From Candidatus Kuenenia stuttgartensis (GTDB lineage Bacteria; Planctomycetota; Brocadiia; Brocadiales; Brocadiaceae), in NCBI RefSeq assembly GCF_900232105.1, contig NZ_LT934425.1, forward strand, positions 1,260,001-1,292,000: a stretch of 32,000 nucleotides of DNA. The letters are read 5' to 3'. The translations under genes and the position numbers were made by a program. The notes beneath the pieces are model-generated. The model was not told the DNA's origin, did no database searches, and saw nothing but the letters and a program-made list of their open reading frames with translations. Positions 26,708 through 32,000 of the stretch are shown here, in pieces. Within the stretch, counting starts at the first letter, position 1, and each line of letters begins with the position of its first letter.

Positions 26708-27529
26708 ATGCACTTTCAGAAAAAAAACATTTCTTATTTCTTAATACTTATTTCCTTTTTTTGTTTATCGTGTAGTTCTGTACCCATCACCGGCAGAAAA
26801 CAAGTGAGCTTTATTCCCGAATCAACAATACTTAACATGAGTTTCCAGCAATATCAGGAATTTGTTAAAACCAATGCGTTGAGTAAAAACCAGGAAGAAT
26901 CCAACATGGTGAAAAAGGTTGGGAAAAGGATACAAGGTGCTGTAGAACAATACTTTGCACAAAACAACATGTCTCATGAATTAAAGGATTATGCATGGGA
27001 ATTTAATCTTGTGGAAAGTAACGATGTGAATGCATGGGCAATGCCAGGCGGAAAAGTAGTGGTATATACGGGAATATTGCCGGTAACAAAAGACGAAAAC
27101 GGCCTCGCGGTGGTTATGGGACATGAGGTGGCGCATGCAGTTGCAAAACATGGTAATGAACGAATGAGCCAGGAATTAATGACACAAATGGGAGAAACAG
27201 CGGTTTCTGTTGCTTTAAGCGGCAAATCGGATATGACAAAACAAGTTGTTTCCGCTGCATATGGGTATGGCAGTCAATACGGCGTTCTGCTTCCTTATAG
27301 TCGCCTTCATGAAAGCGAGGCAGACTATCTTGGGCTGATTTTTATGGCTATGGCGGGATACGACCCTCATCATGCGGTAGACTTCTGGCAGAGAATGGCA
27401 GATACGAAGAATGGCGAAACAGTTCCTGAATTTATGAGTACCCATCCTTCTGACGATACCAGAATAAGGAAGATAAGAGAAAAAATACCCGAGGCGATGC
27501 AGTATTATAAAAAACCTATGGAGCAATAG
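26708..27529 (+). CDS. M48-family zinc metallopeptidase, exported (LoiP/YggG-like)
   Basis: HEVAHAV (HExxH) with a downstream HESEADYLG third-ligand region. The N-terminus is hydrophobic with FFCLSCSS, which could be a signal peptide or lipoprotein signal, but the lipobox is imperfect. Confidence 0.88.
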   Translation: MHFQKKNISYFLILISFFCLSCSSVPITGRKQVSFIPESTILNMSFQQYQEFVKTNALSKNQEESNMVKKVGKRIQGAVEQYFAQNNMSHELKDYAWEFNLVESNDVNAWAMPGGKVVVYTGILPVTKDENGLAVVMGHEVAHAVAKHGNERMSQELMTQMGETAVSVALSGKSDMTKQVVSAAYGYGSQYGVLLPYSRLHESEADYLGLIFMAMAGYDPHHAVDFWQRMADTKNGETVPEFMSTHPSDDTRIRKIREKIPEAMQYYKKPMEQ

Positions 27530-27598
27530 AGGGGGTCACGGTCAAACCGGAAAGGATTCCAACGAAGCAATCTAAGTGCACAAAACAAAAAATATCCA

Positions 27599-27626
27599 TT
27601 GATAATTTACGGGAAAATATTATACT
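27599..27626 (+). promoter_or_regulatory. Candidate sigma70 promoter for tRNA-Leu
   Basis: TTGATA (27599-27604), a 16-nt spacer, then TATACT (27621-27626), 12 nt before the mature tRNA 5' end. Confidence 0.5.
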
Positions 27627-27638
27627 GGATAAAAATAT

Positions 27639-27724
27639 GCCAGAGTGGTGGAATTGGCAGACACGCCAGACTCAAAATCTGGTCATCTTCACCGGTGGTG
27701 TGGGTTCGAGTCCCACCTCTGGCA
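27639..27724 (+). tRNA. tRNA-Leu (anticodon CAA)
   Basis: Hand-folded 86-nt cloverleaf. The acceptor stem is GCCAGAG/CTCTGGC with discriminator A. The D-arm is GTGGAATTGGCAGACAC. The anticodon stem CCAGA/TCTGG carries the loop CT-CAA-AA. There is a long variable arm (type II), and the T-arm is GTGGG-TTCGAGT-CCCAC. CCA is not encoded. Confidence 0.93.
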
Positions 27725-27941
27725 TTTATTTAAAATGCATATCCCTGCTCAAATGTCTTCCAAAACCTTCCCGCGTTTTTTTAACGCAGCATTTAAAAAA
27801 GGTATTTTAGTAAACTACCCTGAGCCTTAGTTCCCGTTCCTTATTTTTGCCGGAGACTGAGCGAAGTGAGGAATCCTAGGTGTTCTCGCCTTGGCAGAAA
27901 GGACAATTACAGGCACATTAAATTTTTCTATGTGCCTTATA

Positions 27942-29609
27942 TCATGTAATGTCCTCTTCTACCTGAATATTATAGGCATCGAGAATCGTTCCTTTTGCAG
28001 CTTCGAGACTACCACGAGATATTTCATAATCAGTGAGCGCCTTTGTTTCATTCCCTTCTGCGGTAGCTAAATCCTCCTGGGCGCGGAGAATTTCCAGACT
28101 GGTTGATCGTCCCACGCTGTATTTCTTTTCTTCGACTTCCAGTCTTTTTTGTGCTAATTCCCTCGCCTTTCTGGTGGCCATAACCCTTTCAATGTTCGTC
28201 ATTACTTCACGAACCGACCCTCTCACCTCTACAACAATATCCAGTTCTTTCTTTTTCACATTCAGGGCAGACTGTTCTTTACCAAGCTTTGCTTTTTTGT
28301 AGTCATTTCTGGCTGCCCTGTTACCAATAGGAACTTCAAAGGTCAGGGTGATAAATTCTCCCTGAAAATCCCCTGAAAATGTAGAGTCATGGGCACCATC
28401 AATGGTACCCCCAAGCCCTGAATAACGAACTCCACCGGTAAGATCCAATTTAGGAAATAGTTCATTCTTTTTCCTTCGTACTTCCATGCCCGCATTTTCG
28501 ACCTCTATTTGCAATTCCTTTAATTCAGGACGTTTCTCCATTGCAATTTTAATAGTCTCTTTCAGCGGAACTTCTTTTGGTTCGAATGTTGGTTTGTCAA
28601 CGGGAACAATTTCCACATCAGAAATAATCTCACTGTCTGCGAGATTCAGTATTCTTTTCAATTCATCTTCTTTGTCCCTGATTGCATTTTCGGCAGAAAT
28701 TATTGCTTCAACCCGTGACGCCACCCCCGACTCTGCTTCAATAATTTCGATGGGTGCAAGGGTTCCTGATTCTACCTCTATTTTATTCTTCCGCAGTAAA
28801 TCTTCCGCTCGTTCCAGAGATTTTTTTGCCACTTTCAAGTCCTCAATTGCCTTTACGAAATTCCAATATGCCTCTTGAACAGCATTAGAAACTTCAATAG
28901 CAGTGCTTTTAAATTGTGCGAATGATATCTTTTTATTATTTCTGGCGATATAAATGGGGCTTCGGTTATAAAACCAGCCGGCGCCTTTTAACAAAGGCTG
29001 AGTAATCTTTGCTTCTATGTAATTTGCATACGTTGGAGTAAGCAACGTAAACGCCTGCGGATCTACAAATTCCCGAAATAAATTGTATTCTAAAGAAAGA
29101 GTCGCGCCTGTAGGTATCAGTGATCGCAAGACAGCATTACCCGTCTTTCCTTCAGAAACGAAAGGGGTTGTCTCGGTAGTGGTTGTTTCTCCACTTACCA
29201 GTGCGCTGTTGCTGGGGGTTTTTTTGTTATTAATGCCTCCGGTTATCTCTAAGGTAGGATCAAATACCGACTTTTCTATTGCAATGTCGTGACCTCTTGC
29301 CTTCGTATCTAACCGTGATATCTCAATATCAAAATTATTTTTTAATGCATATACAATGCTGTCTTTCAGGCCGATATTCATAAACTTCAGATTTGAATGC
29401 ATTTCAACTGATGAAGACGATGCCGCCTGGGGCAATTTTTCGTCCACGTTTTTTGCCTCTCCGAAGACCATCTTTCCGTTGCAAAAAAAAAGGGCTGACA
29501 CGATGAGCAAACGATAAAGTGCCGTAAATATGTCCAGTTTTTTTGTAAATCTTTTCTCTGTTCCACGCACGACGGCCGCTATTTTGTCAAATATATTTCT
29601 TCTTCGCAT
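27942..29609 (-). CDS. TolC-family outer-membrane efflux protein
   Basis: 555 aa. The N-terminus is hydrophobic (LLIVSALFFCNGKMVFGEA). The body has the two-repeat OEP architecture with long coiled-coil-forming segments. No adjacent membrane-fusion or pump gene is in the window. The start is uncertain and an internal Met is possible. Confidence 0.85.
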   Translation of the reverse strand: MRRRNIFDKIAAVVRGTEKRFTKKLDIFTALYRLLIVSALFFCNGKMVFGEAKNVDEKLPQAASSSSVEMHSNLKFMNIGLKDSIVYALKNNFDIEISRLDTKARGHDIAIEKSVFDPTLEITGGINNKKTPSNSALVSGETTTTETTPFVSEGKTGNAVLRSLIPTGATLSLEYNLFREFVDPQAFTLLTPTYANYIEAKITQPLLKGAGWFYNRSPIYIARNNKKISFAQFKSTAIEVSNAVQEAYWNFVKAIEDLKVAKKSLERAEDLLRKNKIEVESGTLAPIEIIEAESGVASRVEAIISAENAIRDKEDELKRILNLADSEIISDVEIVPVDKPTFEPKEVPLKETIKIAMEKRPELKELQIEVENAGMEVRRKKNELFPKLDLTGGVRYSGLGGTIDGAHDSTFSGDFQGEFITLTFEVPIGNRAARNDYKKAKLGKEQSALNVKKKELDIVVEVRGSVREVMTNIERVMATRKARELAQKRLEVEEKKYSVGRSTSLEILRAQEDLATAEGNETKALTDYEISRGSLEAAKGTILDAYNIQVEEDIT

Positions 29610-29744
29610 AATATACCGATTAACTATTAAAATTTTTCCTTAACATTGTCATTTACATCAAATGAATTTTACGGGAAGCAATGCCCCGGAATTGATATTT
29701 GTATCTGTGAGGATTGAGCCATAGTACCTTTTTAAAAATTAATA

Positions 29745-31470
29745 TTCAACCTAAATCCTGCAAACGATTTTCGCAATGCGAAAACCAGTATTTTCCACTA
29801 CCAAGATTGGCAAAAAGCGATAACAGATATCCGTTTTTTAGCAATTGTGGTAGCGCTATTGTACTACTTTAAACAAAAAGACATGGGAAATTGTCGGAAA
29901 CGTGCTCTCTGATGCAATGAAAATCAAGATAGGGATGTACTGTCTCCATCTGCGGTATACTTACCACTCTCAAAAGACTAAAAAAACGAAATACAACGTC
30001 GGTTTTCTACTGAAAAACTACATCCAGTGACATGCGTTCCCACTTTTCCCATTCCTCCTGATGGAGAAATTTCTCCGGCAATTTTAATGTCATCTGCCGG
30101 CTTCTCTCCACCAGTTTCCCTGCCACACGGATTAACCACAGTCTCATCGTCTTTACTTCCCACTGTTGTATCACTCCACCACTGAGCAATCCCATCCACT
30201 TCAAAAGATTATACGCTAACACCGCACACTGAAATAGCGCAGCATTGGCCAAAAATTCACCCGTACGTATGTGCCCCGCATTCATCTGTCCTTTACTCTC
30301 TTCTATCAAAGTCTCGCAGGTAGCCCTCTTTCCATAACAACGATGCGCTTCCATCGGACTTAACCGCTCCGTTGTAACGTAACAAAAATACTCATACACG
30401 GACACTTCTACTAATTTCTTTTCTCTTTTGACCAATTGCCGCACTGCCACAAAACGTCTCGCACGATCCCACCCTGCACATCGATACCAAAATTCAGCCT
30501 GTTCCCATCCTGGCTCCCCTTTCACCTCATTCCATTTCTGCCCTTCAAGCAATCCTTCCAGATTCTTCAGCTTTACCTTAATCAGATATCCCGCCAATAT
30601 TGACTCAAGGTATTCAAGTAATTCTCCGGTAAAAAAACCGCTGTCTCCTCGAAATACCACCCTTACCCCCTTATTCATGTACGCCATACATTCCTTCATG
30701 AACTCTACTACTCCGTTACTCGTGTAGGCGCTTCCACAGCGGAACCAACTATGTAATACCTCCTTTGTTTCTGCAATAAATGCCATTAAGGGATGATACG
30801 CCTTCTGCCCCTTCTTGTGCGGATTATATCCTACCTCTGCACCCTCCTGTTTCCCATATACACCATCTACGGTAGAATCAACATCTATCCATACTTCGCA
30901 AAGAGCACTCCTGAGTTTATGGCCTGATCTCACCGCACGCTTCCATATCTTTCCCCTAAACCGGTGGATCACCCCCGTCAGTTCCACTATATCTCCCTGA
31001 CTCGCCAGCTTCATAATACGTCCTATCGTAGTATCTACAGGTACCTCTTTCCACCCGGACATCTTCTTCAATACCTCATCTGTACACACCTTCATCACCT
31101 CTACCATCGATGTCGCCCCTGCTATCAACCCTATCACTACCATTTGTACCGCATCGACAAACTGATACCGGGCATTTGCTCCACGATCCTTATGGACCGC
31201 TTCATGGACTCTCTCCCGGAACATCAGCTTACCCATAAAATTCAATACCGGTAAAAGCCCTGCATGTACCGTTAAGCCTTTCCCGCTCATCTCTGCCTTG
31301 ATTTTCGGTTGTCTTTTGCTGTATTTTTTTGCTATATTCTTCATCGAAATGGTGAATCTCCTTTCAGGTGTTTTTTGTTATCAATATACCGCCGAATACC
31401 TTGGAAATCCTACCATTTCAATCCTATTCCTGCAACAAGGCTTTGCCTTGTTTGCAGGATTTAGGTTCAA
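29745..31470 (-). mobile_element. IS1380-family insertion sequence (1726 bp), apparently intact
   Basis: Terminal inverted repeats TTCAACCTAAATCCTGCAAAC (29745-29765) and the reverse complement of 31450-31470 (TTGAACCTAAATCCTGCAAAC) match at 20/21. A single 445-aa transposase ORF lies inside, and the coding part is visibly more GC-rich than the flanks. I could not identify a clear target-site duplication. Confidence 0.8.
30007..31344 (-). CDS. IS1380-family DDE transposase
   Basis: 445 aa. The segments VGYNPHKKGQKAYHPLMAFIAETKEVLHSWFRCGSAYTSNG, DSGFF, and GKRATCETLIEESKGQ...FLANAALFQCAVLAYNLLKWM are characteristic of IS1380 transposases. Confidence 0.88.
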   Translation of the reverse strand: MKNIAKKYSKRQPKIKAEMSGKGLTVHAGLLPVLNFMGKLMFRERVHEAVHKDRGANARYQFVDAVQMVVIGLIAGATSMVEVMKVCTDEVLKKMSGWKEVPVDTTIGRIMKLASQGDIVELTGVIHRFRGKIWKRAVRSGHKLRSALCEVWIDVDSTVDGVYGKQEGAEVGYNPHKKGQKAYHPLMAFIAETKEVLHSWFRCGSAYTSNGVVEFMKECMAYMNKGVRVVFRGDSGFFTGELLEYLESILAGYLIKVKLKNLEGLLEGQKWNEVKGEPGWEQAEFWYRCAGWDRARRFVAVRQLVKREKKLVEVSVYEYFCYVTTERLSPMEAHRCYGKRATCETLIEESKGQMNAGHIRTGEFLANAALFQCAVLAYNLLKWMGLLSGGVIQQWEVKTMRLWLIRVAGKLVERSRQMTLKLPEKFLHQEEWEKWERMSLDVVFQ

Positions 31471-31591
31471 TGTAAAAGAATAGAGGCAAATGAGCAACAA
31501 TTTGAGAATTGAATATTGAACATTTGACCCAGTTTGCGGAACTTGGGAAAGAGCATTCTGCTTTTTCAAAAAACTAAAATATTACGGATTT

Positions 31592-32000
31592 TTAATGTCC
31601 CTTGATTAATGCCATAACTTCTGCACGGGTGGCGGGGTTATCGCGAAATATGCCCCTTACCACGGAGGTCAGCACCTTTGTGCCGGGTTTTTTTATTCCT
31701 CGCATGGTCATGCAGAGATGCTCTGCTTCAATAATGACGAGAACACCCTTGGGTTTTAATGCCTTCATGATAGATTCGGCAATATCTGTCGTAAGCCTTT
31801 CCTGTACCTGTGGCCGCCTTGCTTCAATATTAACCACTCTGGCAAGCTTACTGATGCCTGTTACCCTGTTCCCCTGGGGGATATAGGCAACATGGGAAAC
31901 TCCGCTGAAAGGAAGGAGGTGGTGTTCACACATGGAATAAAAAGGTATGTCTTTTAAAAGAACTATTTCGTCGTATTTTTCAGATTTTAATACCTTAATT
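31592..32000 (-). CDS. folE: GTP cyclohydrolase I; N-terminus lies beyond the window
   Basis: The motifs are ...[26 protein letters not shown]...GISKLARVV...[11 protein letters not shown]...[11 protein letters not shown]. The reading frame stays open upstream of the internal Met at 31933, up to the window edge. Confidence 0.93.
   Translation of the reverse strand, partial: IKVLKSEKYDEIVLLKDIPFYSMCEHHLLPFSGVSHVAYIPQGNRVTGISKLARVVNIEARRPQVQERLTTDIAESIMKALKPKGVLVIIEAEHLCMTMRGIKKPGTKVLTSVVRGIFRDNPATRAEVMALIKGH

Noticed and set aside
27553-27877. 8-bp inverted repeat AGGATTCC / GGAATCCT flanking tRNA-Leu, as possible ends of an integrated element
   Set aside because: It is too short to be significant. 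No integrase gene is present, and no duplicated tRNA 3' end (att site) lies downstream.
30428-31254. Three + strand ORFs (99, 61 and 96 aa) inside the IS1380 element
   Set aside because: They are antisense to the intact transposase gene. Their Pro/Ser/Thr/His-rich translations are typical of the reverse frame of a GC-richer gene.

Overview
This 32 kb window comes from a bacterium of about 40% GC. lpxD, a TolC-family gene and sigma54-type regulation indicate a diderm, but I cannot assign a lineage from the sequence alone. Most of the window is tightly packed, easily recognised housekeeping genes: gltX, thpR, recA, alaS, an rpmF-plsX-fabH-fabD-acpP-fabF operon, lpxD, glmS, msrA, cysC, fcl, a PSP1-domain gene, metG, an M48 peptidase, tRNA-Leu(CAA), a TolC-like gene and folE (partial). 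I found no CRISPR array, defence island, prophage or biosynthetic cluster, so I do not claim a clearly novel multi-gene system. The parts worth a second look are listed below.

1. **Minus-strand sensory module, left edge (1-3481).** It consists of a cytoplasmic PAS histidine kinase with a Cys-rich PAS core and an NtrC-type sigma54 activator. After a gap, these are followed by a bacteriohemerythrin and a partial heme-oxygenase-like gene. The gap contains a textbook sigma54 -24/-12 promoter, an IHF-like site and two CGAA-N5-TTCG palindromes.
2. **Two intact insertion sequences.** One is IS701-like, with 16-bp terminal inverted repeats, a 4-bp ATCT duplication and two extra internal repeat copies. 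The other is IS1380-like, with 20/21-bp inverted repeats and higher GC than its surroundings.
3. **A family of short intergenic repeats and hairpins.** Copies lie upstream of gltX, downstream of gltX and downstream of fabF. A separate GTCATTGCGAG...CTCGCAATGAC palindrome with a T7 tract looks like the fcl terminator, now separated from fcl by the IS701-like insertion.
4. **A 600-bp unassigned intergenic region.** It carries a near-consensus sigma70 promoter about 310 nt upstream of the PSP1 gene.
5. **An orphan secreted protein.** It has a coiled coil and a beta-rich C-terminal domain.

All regulatory and RNA calls rest on motif reading only and need experimental or database confirmation.
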